From an uncultured Acidobacteriota bacterium (GTDB taxonomy: Bacteria > Acidobacteriota > Terriglobia > Acidiferrales > UBA7541), in NCBI GenBank assembly GCA_963702795.1, contig CAVPDY010000004.1, positions 358,847 through 422,846 of the forward strand: a stretch of 64,000 nt of DNA. The letters are read 5' to 3'. Below are positions 9,359 to 20,116 of the stretch, one piece after another (position 1 is the stretch's first letter; every line of letters starts with the position of its first letter). The notes under the pieces were generated by a model. That model saw only the letters and a program-made list of their open reading frames with translations. It was not told the DNA's origin and ran no database searches. Position numbers and translations under genes: made by a program.

Positions 9359-9385
9359 GCGTGTCTTGAGTCGATGAAAGCTCTG

Positions 9386-10277
9386 TTACTGCACCAGAGT
9401 GCTTACGGTGGTCGAGTTGTCGAATGCCTCCGGGACGTAGAAGGTTTCGACGGTGTTTCCGGCGGCCGTGGCTACGATCACCTCTTTGTGCAGGGGATCG
9501 AGAACCAAGCCGATGTCACCGGATTGCCGGCCCAAGGGAGCTGAAATCTTCATGGGCGGATCGGTGCTGGTGCCGCTCTCGGGAATCTTCCAAATCTCGA
9601 AGTTGTTTCCGGTGTGCGAAATCAGTTTCAGACGTGGGCGGGTAGATATCGAACTGATTACCCATGCGTACCGGGCCTTTGATCACGGCCTTCGGCGGAG
9701 TATTGCCGCTCGCCGTGCGATCAAAGATCAGGACACTCCCTCCGTTTCCAAATTGGCGGCCCACGGAAGGCACCAAAAGGAGGTTGTGCACCGGGTCGAT
9801 GCGGATGCAGGGAACGTTGCCGCCGCCGTAGACGTTTCCGCCTCCGGCGACCACGGTGTTATCGGTGTTCTGTTTACCCAGCGATAGTTGGGTGTCCGGC
9901 CCGCCCAGAACTCGCTTGGGCGCTACGTTGCCGTTGTCTGTGCGATTAAAGACCAGGATAGTCTGGTCCGGCGTGGCCAGATAAATCTCGTTGTGCACCG
10001 GGTCGATGCTCACTTTGCCCGTTGCTCCCACGCCCTTGATTTGCGTCTTGTCTCCCTGGATCACTCGAAGAGGCGCTTCCTCTCCGCTGGCTGCGCCGCG
10101 GAACGACAAAATCGCTTGCGTCAGCGGGCTGGTCACCACGATCTCGTCGTGGATTCCGTCAAACGCGATGTCGTGCATCGTGCGGCCCAACAGTGATCCC
10201 TGACCTTCGATAGCTCTCAGTGGCGGGCTGTCTTCTTTCGCCGACCTGGCGAAAACCGCGATCTGCGGTTGGTTCAC
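9386..10277 (-). pseudogene. Beta-propeller distal part, copy 2, disrupted by a 1-nt insertion near 9631
   Basis: The listed ORF 9516..10277 matches copy 1 up to DIYPPT and then diverges (SETDFAHRK...). Shifting one frame restores LKLISHTGNNFEIWKIPESGTSTDPPMKISAPLGRQSGDIGLVLDPLHKEVIVATAAGNTVETFYVPEAF..., ending at TAA 9386-9388. Copy 2 reads tttcaGacgtggg where copy 1 reads ctgcaacgtggg. Confidence 0.75.
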
Positions 10278-10280
10278 TCA
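10236..10280 (-). other. Second copy of the in-frame TGA plus double-hairpin junction
   Basis: Sequence 10216..10316 is identical to 2836..2936 at an offset of 7380. The TGA is at 10278-10280 and the GTG at 10275-10277. Confidence 0.5.
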
Positions 10281-11684
10281 ATTCGGTACCAGGATTTCCT
10301 GGCGGATGGGATCGTAGGTCACCGCCGCGGTCCTCCCGAAGTTCACTCCTACCTTGCTCTCTTCCGCGCTGCGAATGACTCGGAGCGGCGAGGCGTCGCC
10401 ATCGGCCATGATCGGATACACCGTGGCCGAGGAGTTGCCGAGATTCGAAACCCAGACTTCCCGATTCTTGAGGTCCAGCGCCACGCCCGTTGGATTGCGC
10501 AGGCGCGTGGACGGCCCGTGGATCACGCGGGCTGGCGCTACGTTGCCGTTCAGCTTCGGAGCGTTGGCGAAGACCAGGACAGACTGGCCGATGTCATTGG
10601 CGATGTATAGGTCGCCGTTTTCAGGATTGAACTTCATGCCGCCGGGCCAATCGAGCTGCGTTTTGTCGCCAGCGATCACGCGCAGGGGCTTGGCGTCGCC
10701 ATTGGCGTCCAGCGCATAGACTTGAATCGCCGGCGGCAGGAATTTGCCGGTGCCCGCGACGGTGAAATCGCTGTGGTGGCCCCAGGTATTGACGAACAGC
10801 AGGTGATCTTTCTCGTCCACGGCGATGCCGTGCGGGGCGTCCAGGCCTGTGTCGTTGCCCAGAATCCGGCGCACGGGCTTATCTTCACCCTTGGCGTGCT
10901 TGGGGTAGACCACCACCTGCGGCGGAAATTCGACGGTCAGGAACAACTCCTGCGTCTGCTCATCGGCCGCGATGTTGTACACCCGGTGCGGCGTGTGCAG
11001 GATCGAGATCGGACTCTCGTCCCCTTGCGCTTCCCGCGCGAAACGCTCCATCTTGTCGCCCGTGTCCGATTCCACCGAGTAGATGTCCCCACTCACCGGG
11101 TCCACGTAGAGACCGTTATTGAATTGCAGCGCTGTGTGATCTCCCGTGACGATGCGCTTCGGCGGCGTGATGTCCGTATCGTTCTTGGGCGTCGGAGACA
11201 AGCGGTCAAAGACGCGGTAGGACCACAGATTGTTGTCCGTCATGATCACTTCGTTGGAATTCACATCGACGGCGATCGAACTGTAGGTTGGAGCCGTATC
11301 GCGGATTGTGCGCACTGGCAAGCGCGCTCCCTTGGCTCGGAGATCCGCAGTCACGCGCAACTGCTCCGCCGTATTCGGCATTTGAAAGTAGCCGCCACCC
11401 TCAGCTTGGCCGCCCTGGCGGCCAGCAGGCCTTTGGCCTTGGGCATCAGGAGCAGGCGCCTGCTGCAACTCCGCAAGTAACGTCTCTTCCTGCGGAGAGG
11501 TAGCGGCACTATCATCGGCGGCGCTCGGCTGATCAAAATTCGCGCAGGCGTCCATATTTGCAGGAAGCTGCTGCACGGAAACCAATCGAGATGTACCCTC
11601 GGGGGAAGCACCCGCAAATACGCCGATGGCGATCACGGCTACCGCGAGGATGACCCATTCAAATTTCTTTCGCTTTACGCGCAT
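10278..11684 (-). CDS. Secreted beta-propeller repeat protein, proximal part, copy 2
   Basis: Listed ORF of 468 aa. Near-identical to 2898..4295 over the propeller region and diverged in the N-terminal low-complexity linker. Confidence 0.8.
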   Translation of the reverse strand: MRVKRKKFEWVILAVAVIAIGVFAGASPEGTSRLVSVQQLPANMDACANFDQPSAADDSAATSPQEETLLAELQQAPAPDAQGQRPAGRQGGQAEGGGYFQMPNTAEQLRVTADLRAKGARLPVRTIRDTAPTYSSIAVDVNSNEVIMTDNNLWSYRVFDRLSPTPKNDTDITPPKRIVTGDHTALQFNNGLYVDPVSGDIYSVESDTGDKMERFAREAQGDESPISILHTPHRVYNIAADEQTQELFLTVEFPPQVVVYPKHAKGEDKPVRRILGNDTGLDAPHGIAVDEKDHLLFVNTWGHHSDFTVAGTGKFLPPAIQVYALDANGDAKPLRVIAGDKTQLDWPGGMKFNPENGDLYIANDIGQSVLVFANAPKLNGNVAPARVIHGPSTRLRNPTGVALDLKNREVWVSNLGNSSATVYPIMADGDASPLRVIRSAEESKVGVNFGRTAAVTYDPIRQEILVPN

Positions 11685-11789
11685 CTTGCTACTCCTTCGG
11701 GGAACATGCTATCGGGGAAGCTCGCACGCTAAACTCCACACTCAGATGTTAAAACCTTAAACCGGCTACTCCCCCGGGTCAAGCCGCCT

Positions 11790-12890
11790 CTAGGCGGTGA
11801 TCTCCTGCGACGTGATTTGGTACTTAAAGCCGTTCGGGTCCAGGCTGTCGAGCCGGCCTTCGGACGTCTCCGCCTGCGGATACATGAGGTAGCCGACGGG
11901 CTTGCCGCTGGAACCGGGCAGCGCGACATCGTGCGCAAAGTTAAAGGCCATCCAATTCATTTCCCAGGAGCCGAATAACCGGGCGCGAGCCCGCTTCACC
12001 ATGTCGTCATCCAGAGGGCGATTTCCGGGCGGCTCCTCGAGTACCACTTTCCGAACGTCCGCCGGGTCCACGGGAACCCAACCGTAGTCCTTCAGGAAAA
12101 CCTCGGCGCGGCAGTGCTGCGCTCCGCTAACGATCTCGGACGCGGTGCCTAGGCTCTTGTAGCCCAGTTCGGACTTGGCGACGCGAATACCGTACACGTC
12201 GCGCGCGGGCAGGCCAACGGATCGCGCCAGGCCGACGTAGAGCGCGTTGAGGTCAGCACACTTGCCGCCCAGGTCCTTGGACTCGAGCATGAAGCGAATG
12301 TCGCCGACGCCGCAGCCGCGCGTCTTGGGGTCGCGGAAGGTGTTCTCGACGATCCACTCGTAGATCGCCCGCGCCTTGTCGACATCGGTCGTGGCGCCTT
12401 TGGTGATTTCGAGCGCGGTCTCCTTCACGATGCCGTCTACAGGTATGAGCTTGGTGGCTTGCAAGCAGTGGACCAGCTGCGCTCGGTCTTCCGACGGCCG
12501 CACGGGCTCGGAGAGCGCGACGGCGATGTTCTTCGTCTGGACCTGACTGGTCAGCGTGAGGACCGGCTTGACGCCTGTGGGAAACGTCGCGGCGACGATG
12601 CCAAGCGCGTCGGCCTTGCTGGCGTCGACGAGGTGGGCTTTGCCACCCTCGACCTCAAACTTGTTGCTCACAGTCCTTTGATAGGGCGTGCTGGTCATCA
12701 GGGCTGTCGGCAGCCAAACGCGCGTCTCGCCGGAGGGATTCAAGACTTCCACCCGCGTCGTGATCTCGAAGGTTCGCCAGCCGTTGCTGACCACGGGCGC
12801 CGCATCCTCCGAAAACAGGCGCTCCACCTTTGGGAACGCCAACGCTGCCGACACAACACCAGCCGACCGCAAGAAATCTCGACGTTTCAT
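11790..12890 (-). CDS. Transglutaminase-like cysteine peptidase family protein with a Tat-type signal
   Basis: Listed ORF of 366 aa. Twin-arginine N-terminus MKRRDFLRSAGVVSAALA. Cys/His/Asp core blocks are GGKCADLNALYVGLARSVGLPARDV and HCRAEVFLKDYGWVPVDPAD. Confidence 0.85.
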   Translation of the reverse strand: MKRRDFLRSAGVVSAALAFPKVERLFSEDAAPVVSNGWRTFEITTRVEVLNPSGETRVWLPTALMTSTPYQRTVSNKFEVEGGKAHLVDASKADALGIVAATFPTGVKPVLTLTSQVQTKNIAVALSEPVRPSEDRAQLVHCLQATKLIPVDGIVKETALEITKGATTDVDKARAIYEWIVENTFRDPKTRGCGVGDIRFMLESKDLGGKCADLNALYVGLARSVGLPARDVYGIRVAKSELGYKSLGTASEIVSGAQHCRAEVFLKDYGWVPVDPADVRKVVLEEPPGNRPLDDDMVKRARARLFGSWEMNWMAFNFAHDVALPGSSGKPVGYLMYPQAETSEGRLDSLDPNGFKYQITSQEITA

Positions 12891-13017
12891 GACGGGAAAT
12901 CCTCCTGAATACTAGAACCGATTGCCGCAATGTCCCTGGCGGCTCTACGGGAACATACACCGTAATCTTTGACGAGTAAACCTTCCCTTTATTGACGGTA
13001 TTCGCGGAGCGCCGGTT

Positions 13018-14739
<1,722 letters not shown>

Positions 14740-14841
14740 GAGTTCTCCGTTTCGCCCAAAACGAGCTGGTTAACTTGAGTGTCTCTTCAACTCCATCCCG
14801 CAGACTACATAGTACACGGTACGCGGCGATTGAGCCGTTCT

Positions 14842-15114
14842 TCAGCGCCTCGCAAAGTTGCTGGCATCGAACCGCAGGGAAATGACAACCTCCAGCGCTT
14901 CGCCGTCCGGATGGAGGGCCGTGACCCTGGCTGCTTGCAGACCCCTCAGGCCGTCCCAGACCTCGAACTCCACCCGCGCCCCTTCCCGCAGACTCCCCTG
15001 GCCACTGGCTTCCACGTCCGATCGATGCACGAACAATTCTTCCCCGCTCTGCCGCTCGATAAAACCCAACCCTTCACTGCTGTCAAACCACTTCACTATC
15101 CCTTGTTCTTTCAC
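14842..15114 (-). CDS. Cold-shock domain protein (CspA family with a C-terminal extension)
   Basis: Listed ORF of 90 aa. The RNP-like motif is GIVKWFDSSEGLGFIERQSGEELFVH. Confidence 0.85.
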   Translation of the reverse strand: MKEQGIVKWFDSSEGLGFIERQSGEELFVHRSDVEASGQGSLREGARVEFEVWDGLRGLQAARVTALHPDGEALEVVISLRFDASNFARR

Positions 15115-15191
15115 TCTATTTCACTCTGTTTCTTATCTTTTTTGGGCTATTTGGTGCACTGTAGTAGGGCCCTCGGTTGAACACAGAAAAT

Positions 15192-15222
15192 AAGGGCTAC
15201 AAGTGTAATCTTGCAGCCCCTT
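15192..15222 (-). terminator. Possible terminator downstream of the ECF sigma gene
   Basis: On the minus strand the sequence is AAGGGGCTGCAAG-ATTACA-CTTGTAGCCCTT followed by ATTTTCTG. The stem is imperfect and the U-tract is weak. Confidence 0.4.
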
Positions 15223-15343
15223 TGTACGAATCGAAAGGTTTTCACAAGAGCAACAAACGCACACCGATTATATCAGGCAAATGGCTTTCGCGCAGGGCGG
15301 AGTTTCCTATATTTAATGTCCCAGGTACTGCCTCCGGGCAGGA

Positions 15344-16600
15344 TCACGATATCGAGACCCGCACTTCACGCAGGCGCCGCTCGAGATACACTCGCTCGCG
15401 TTCATTGGTGACCAGCGAAAGCGCGCGCAGGTAGCTCCCGGCTGCTTGTTCGTACGATCCATTGCGGCGCAACAGATCGGCCCGGGCGGCGTGCAACAGA
15501 TGGTAATCGTCGAGGTCGCCGCTGGCGGCGAGCGCATCGATAATGTCGAGTCCCGCCTGGGGACCGTCAGCCATGGCCACGGCTACGGCGCGGTTCAGCG
15601 AGACCACCGGCGACGGATCCAGGCGCTCCAGTTCATTGTAGAAGCCCACGATCTGGCGCCAGTCGGTATCCTCAACGCGCCGTGCCTTGCAATGCTCGGC
15701 CGCGATCGCGGCCTGTAGCGCGTACCGGCTGGGCACGGTGCGAAACGCCTCCGCTACGAGAGGCAGCGCTTCGGCGATGTGCTCTCGATTCCAGCGCGTG
15801 CGATCTTGCTCCTCGAGCACAATGATGTCCCCAGCCTCATCCGTCCGAGCTTCCCGGCGTGCGTCGTGCAGGAGCATCAGCGCCAGCAGAGCCGTCGCCT
15901 CAGCGGGAGGGCGCGGCGACATCAACTGCCTGACCAGCCGGCCAAGGCGTATGGCTTCGGCCGAGAGGTCAGTCCTCATGAGCCGGTCTCCCCTCGTGGC
16001 CATGTATCCTTCGTTGAATACGAGATAGATCGCGGTCAGCACCGAATCGAGGCGCTCTGGAATCTCCGCTAGCTCGGGAATGGCGTAGGGGATTCCGGCA
16101 TCCCGGATCTTGCGCTTGGCGCGCACCAACCTTTGCGCCATCGTGGCCGTCGGCACAAGAAACGCCCTGGCAATCTCATCCGTTTCGAGTCCGCAAAGCG
16201 TCCGGAGCGTGAGCGGCACCTGCGCCTCGAGGCCTAGCGCCGGATGGCAGCAGGTAAAGATGAGCCGGAGGCGCTCGTCGGGAATCTCACCGCCGCCATA
16301 CTCCTGCGCCGGAGCCGCTTCGACCAAATCATGCGCGAGTTGCGACTGGATTTTCTCGGTAAATAGTGTCTGTCGCCGGAAACGGTCGATGGCCTTATGC
16401 CGCGCCGTCTGCACGATCCAGGCGCGCGGCGATTCCGGGACGCCAGAGACCGGCCACTGGTCCAGAGCTGCCGCAAACGCCTCTTGCGCGTACTCTTCGG
16501 CCAGATCGAAATCGCCCAGAAGCCCGATGAGCGTGGCCACGATCCGGCCCCAGTCCGAGCGGTAGACCCCTTCCACGGCGGCGACGGCATCCGTTACCAT
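15344..16600 (-). CDS. ECF-type sigma factor with a long C-terminal (TPR-like) extension, ECF42-like
   Basis: Listed ORF of 418 aa. The N-terminal sigma-2/sigma-4 regions (WIVQTARHKAIDRFRR; LRTLCGLETDEIARAFLVPTATMAQRLVRAKRKI) are followed by about 230 extra residues. It is divergently linked to three DGPF/YciI-like genes. Confidence 0.88.
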   Translation of the reverse strand: MVTDAVAAVEGVYRSDWGRIVATLIGLLGDFDLAEEYAQEAFAAALDQWPVSGVPESPRAWIVQTARHKAIDRFRRQTLFTEKIQSQLAHDLVEAAPAQEYGGGEIPDERLRLIFTCCHPALGLEAQVPLTLRTLCGLETDEIARAFLVPTATMAQRLVRAKRKIRDAGIPYAIPELAEIPERLDSVLTAIYLVFNEGYMATRGDRLMRTDLSAEAIRLGRLVRQLMSPRPPAEATALLALMLLHDARREARTDEAGDIIVLEEQDRTRWNREHIAEALPLVAEAFRTVPSRYALQAAIAAEHCKARRVEDTDWRQIVGFYNELERLDPSPVVSLNRAVAVAMADGPQAGLDIIDALAASGDLDDYHLLHAARADLLRRNGSYEQAAGSYLRALSLVTNERERVYLERRLREVRVSIS

Positions 16601-16676
16601 GAGGCGATTCTAAGATTTTTTTCGCTCCGATGTCGATTCGGGGCCAACTCGTTCGATTAACCGGTGGAGGCCGACG

Positions 16677-17033
16677 GTGAGATACATGTTGCTGATCTAC
16701 GCTGACGAGCAGGCCTGGACCGAGCCCGAGCGGCAACGGTGCTACGGGGAATCGACGGACCTGGCGCGCCAGCTCAAATCGGCTGGCCAACTCGTAGCCA
16801 CCGGCCCGCTCCAGCCCGTGGCCACCGCCACCAGCGTGCGCGTCCGCGAAGGCAAACGGACGATCACGGACGGCCCGTTTGCCGAAACCCGCGAGCAGCT
16901 CGGCGGCTATTTCCTGGTCGAAGCCAAAGATCTGGACGAAGCCATTGCCATCGCCGGCCGGATTCCCGGAGCCCGCAAAGGCACCGTCGAGATCCGGCCC
17001 GTTCTCGATCTTCCGGAATTGCATGCCCTTTAA
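16677..17033 (+). CDS. YciI-like / DGPF-domain protein
   Basis: Listed ORF of 118 aa. Motifs are MLLIYADE and ITDGPFAETREQLGGYFLVEAKDLDEA. Confidence 0.85.
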   Translation: MRYMLLIYADEQAWTEPERQRCYGESTDLARQLKSAGQLVATGPLQPVATATSVRVREGKRTITDGPFAETREQLGGYFLVEAKDLDEAIAIAGRIPGARKGTVEIRPVLDLPELHAL

Positions 17034-17063
17034 CATCCATGCGCTAAAAAAGGAGACAAAACA

Positions 17064-17483
17064 ATGCGAGTCATCGTCGTCGTCAAAGCAAGTAAAGAGT
17101 CGGAAGCAGGCGTTCTACCCAACAAGGAAATCCTCAACGAGATGGGGAAATATAACGAACAACTCGTGAGCGCCGGCGTCATGCAGGCCGCTGAAGGACT
17201 GCACCCAACCTCAAAGGGCAAGCGGGTGCGCTTCTCCGGAAAAGATCGCACCATAATCGACGGCCCCTTCGCGGAGACCAAGGAGCTCATCGCCGGTTTC
17301 TGGCTCTGGAAGGTGAAGTCAATGGAAGATGCGGTCGAATGGCTGAAACGGGCCCCCTTCGGCGGAGGAATGGAAGTCGAAATTCGCCCCATCTTTGAGG
17401 TCGAGGACTTCGGAGAAAACGCCACTCCGGAGATTCGCGAACGCGAGCAACGCCTGCGCGCGCAAGTAAACGCAAAGCGGTAA
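17064..17483 (+). CDS. YciI-like / DGPF-domain protein
   Basis: Listed ORF of 139 aa. Motif is IIDGPFAETKELIAGFWLWKVKSMEDA. Confidence 0.85.
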   Translation: MRVIVVVKASKESEAGVLPNKEILNEMGKYNEQLVSAGVMQAAEGLHPTSKGKRVRFSGKDRTIIDGPFAETKELIAGFWLWKVKSMEDAVEWLKRAPFGGGMEVEIRPIFEVEDFGENATPEIREREQRLRAQVNAKR

Positions 17484-17602
17484 GCGTCGCGAGCGAGCCG
17501 CTGTCGATTTCGCGGCCCGCCGTTCGACTATCGAGGGAAGTTCAATCTTTCAAGGATCGGTTGGACAGCAACATCGACAAAGCAAAAAAAGGAGACTTGA
17601 TC

Positions 17603-17989
17603 ATGAAATTCCTGAGCATTTACAAAACCACAGAACGCGGTGTTCCCCCCTCGCAGGAGGAAATGGCCAGAATGGGTAAGCTCATCGAGGAAGGGATGAA
17701 AGCTGGCTATCTGCTCGCCGCCGAAGGCTGCTTGCCAAGCGCGCTCGGCGCGCGCGTCCGCCAGGCAAACGGCAAAGTGACCGTCACCGACGGCCCTTTC
17801 GCCGAAACCAAGGAACTGATCTGCGGCCTGGCCATTCTCAAAGCTGATTCCAAACAGCACGCCATCGAATTGACCAAGCAATTCCTCGGCGTTGCCGGCG
17901 ACGGCGAGTGCGAGGTCCGCCAGCTCCACGAAGCCGGCCAGACCGCTCCCTGCCAAACCGAGCAGACTCACGCCACAGCAAACGCTTAA
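17603..17989 (+). CDS. YciI-like / DGPF-domain protein
   Basis: ATG at 17603 is preceded by AAGGAGA (listed ORF starts at 17561). Motif is VTDGPFAETKELICGLAILKADSKQHA. Confidence 0.8.
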   Translation: MKFLSIYKTTERGVPPSQEEMARMGKLIEEGMKAGYLLAAEGCLPSALGARVRQANGKVTVTDGPFAETKELICGLAILKADSKQHAIELTKQFLGVAGDGECEVRQLHEAGQTAPCQTEQTHATANA

Positions 17990-18100
17990 CCTGGAGCGGC
18001 GGCGCGGCAGATTGCCGTCGCTCTTCCGCGCCGCCGCAAGCATGCAAGAATGTTTGGTCCGACCGAGGAGCCGAAGCAACCACGCAGTGGATGGATTCGA

Positions 18101-20116
18101 TTACTGAGCCGTCATCGCGCGCAATCGTACTTGTCCCGCGCGGAGCGCCGCGTTGACGAACTGGCGAAAGGCCTCGTATTTGTCTGGCGGGATGCGGCTC
18201 ATGGTGAAGGACAGCGCAAAGTTGGCGAGCACAACGTTCCCGTTCGCCGAATAATCAACGTCCAACGACCCAAAATCGGATTTAACGGATGTCCTCTCGG
18301 GCACGCCACTTACGCGCATCCCGGCCGGCAGCAGGATGCGGTACTCCCCCTTCACATGATAAGGAGATCCGATTTCGAGCGGCAGAACGCGCGGCCGCGG
18401 GCTAATCTCCGGAACGGAAATTCCCGAGAGAAACAGGGGCTGGAAGAACCAGCTATCGCCGGTGGAAGCGTTCGCGAAAGCTCCGGCAAAGGAAAAATCC
18501 TCCACAACCTGGCCGCTATTGTCTTGCGTTCCGGAAACGGACGCCGTGCGGAACGCAGCCTGGTTGGCATAGCGGGCCACCCTTTCCTCAAAAGATCTTC
18601 GCATCTCGTCTTGAGAAAGGTTCCGGTAGAAAGAATGGCGATTGGCGTTGGAATCGCCGAAATATTTCTCCTCCACGGTCGCGGATCCAGCGCCTTCCGG
18701 TCCGAGCTGAATCGTGGCCCGGTATTCAACACCATTCTGCTCCGCCGGGCTCTCTGGAATCCGGCGCAAATCTCCGCGGTCCGGATAGGAAATCAGCGCG
18801 AAGACGCCCTGGTCCATGTCCGGAAGCTGGCCCAGCGGATCCAGCTCCGAGGTCGGATCGATCCAAAGAATGTGGGTCTGCGAATCGTAGGAGGGGAATC
18901 GCTCGACGGCTGGTTGCAATTCAGCGGAAACCGGCAAGGCTACAATCATGTGATCGAACGTCGCCAGCGTCGGCACACTGGGGTCAGCCTCCACGTCGCC
19001 CCGCGTGCCCACCAGTGCCGGGTAGCCCCGCAGCCCAAGGTGATCCAGCATGGTGAGCAGCAGGGTCGCTTTGTCCTTGCAATCGCCGTATTTGTTGCGG
19101 AAAACGTCCGCCGCCGGGTGCGGCTGGAACCCGCCGATTCCGATTTCGACGGCCACGTAGCGAATCTGGCGGGAGACAAATGTATAAGCAGCGTTGAGCT
19201 TGCCCAGCAAATCCGCTTGGCCGGCGGATAGGTTCTCAACTTCCGTGGCAATTTCCGGAGCGGGCTTCTCTGCCCCGCTCAGCAGCGGATGGATGGCTCG
19301 GCCGGCGTCCTCCCAGGACTGCACCGCGGCGCTCCCCTTCGGGTCGTAGTTGACGAAAACGGCGGCCGCCACGGTCTGGAATGGCGGCGCACCATCTTCG
19401 TCCGCGATCGCCGGGCGGTTCACGCTGCGGAAGAAAGCTGTGTTCGGCGTCTGACTGACCACTTCCACGCGGTCAGGGTGATTTACAAACCAGCGCAGCG
19501 AACCGGACGGGATCGACACATGCACTTCACTCAACCGCACCGGAAGGCGGCCTTCGACCAGGAACCGCTGGCCGCTCAAGGGAAGCCGTCCCGATCGAAC
19601 GATCTCATAACCCACCACAGCCCCGTCTTCGGCGCCCGCGATGTTCAGGACCTTCACGCGATCGTCGGAGAAGAGCTCGAAACTGGCGTAGCTGGCTTCT
19701 GTGGCCAGGCTTTTCTTGTCCGTCTGCAGCACGCGTCCGGAAGACGAGATGGACCAAGCCTGGATCGAGACCACCGATTCGTCGCTATTTTCATAGCCAA
19801 CCGCTTGCAGGTAGCGGTCCGCCAGTTTCAAGTTCAAAATGCGGAGCGCGCGCCGCTCCGTCTCGACAAATTTGCCCGTCGCATCCACGTTGAAATCGGT
19901 CCACTCGCCCAGGACCACGGCTGGGCTTCCGGCGCCCAACGTACCGGTGTCCACTTGCCTGGCCGACATGAGCCAATCGGGTGCCGACGCGGCGCGCTCC
20001 ACAGGGCCGGGGCCGGCGCAGACGAGCAGAATGGCCCCTGCCAGGATGCCCGCGCGGATCGCGATCCTACTGTTTGCGGAGCAGAACGACTTCCTGGTCA
20101 TGCTGGGCGACCTCAT
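18101..20116 (-). CDS. DUF3857-type protein with a transglutaminase-like core
   Basis: Listed ORF of 671 aa. Has a signal or anchor segment. The core is YGDCKDKATLLLTMLDHLGLRGYPALV...FDHMIVALPV. The start is uncertain because the ORF overlaps the upstream gene by 35-50 nt. Confidence 0.82.
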   Translation of the reverse strand: MRSPSMTRKSFCSANSRIAIRAGILAGAILLVCAGPGPVERAASAPDWLMSARQVDTGTLGAGSPAVVLGEWTDFNVDATGKFVETERRALRILNLKLADRYLQAVGYENSDESVVSIQAWSISSSGRVLQTDKKSLATEASYASFELFSDDRVKVLNIAGAEDGAVVGYEIVRSGRLPLSGQRFLVEGRLPVRLSEVHVSIPSGSLRWFVNHPDRVEVVSQTPNTAFFRSVNRPAIADEDGAPPFQTVAAAVFVNYDPKGSAAVQSWEDAGRAIHPLLSGAEKPAPEIATEVENLSAGQADLLGKLNAAYTFVSRQIRYVAVEIGIGGFQPHPAADVFRNKYGDCKDKATLLLTMLDHLGLRGYPALVGTRGDVEADPSVPTLATFDHMIVALPVSAELQPAVERFPSYDSQTHILWIDPTSELDPLGQLPDMDQGVFALISYPDRGDLRRIPESPAEQNGVEYRATIQLGPEGAGSATVEEKYFGDSNANRHSFYRNLSQDEMRRSFEERVARYANQAAFRTASVSGTQDNSGQVVEDFSFAGAFANASTGDSWFFQPLFLSGISVPEISPRPRVLPLEIGSPYHVKGEYRILLPAGMRVSGVPERTSVKSDFGSLDVDYSANGNVVLANFALSFTMSRIPPDKYEAFRQFVNAALRAGQVRLRAMTAQ

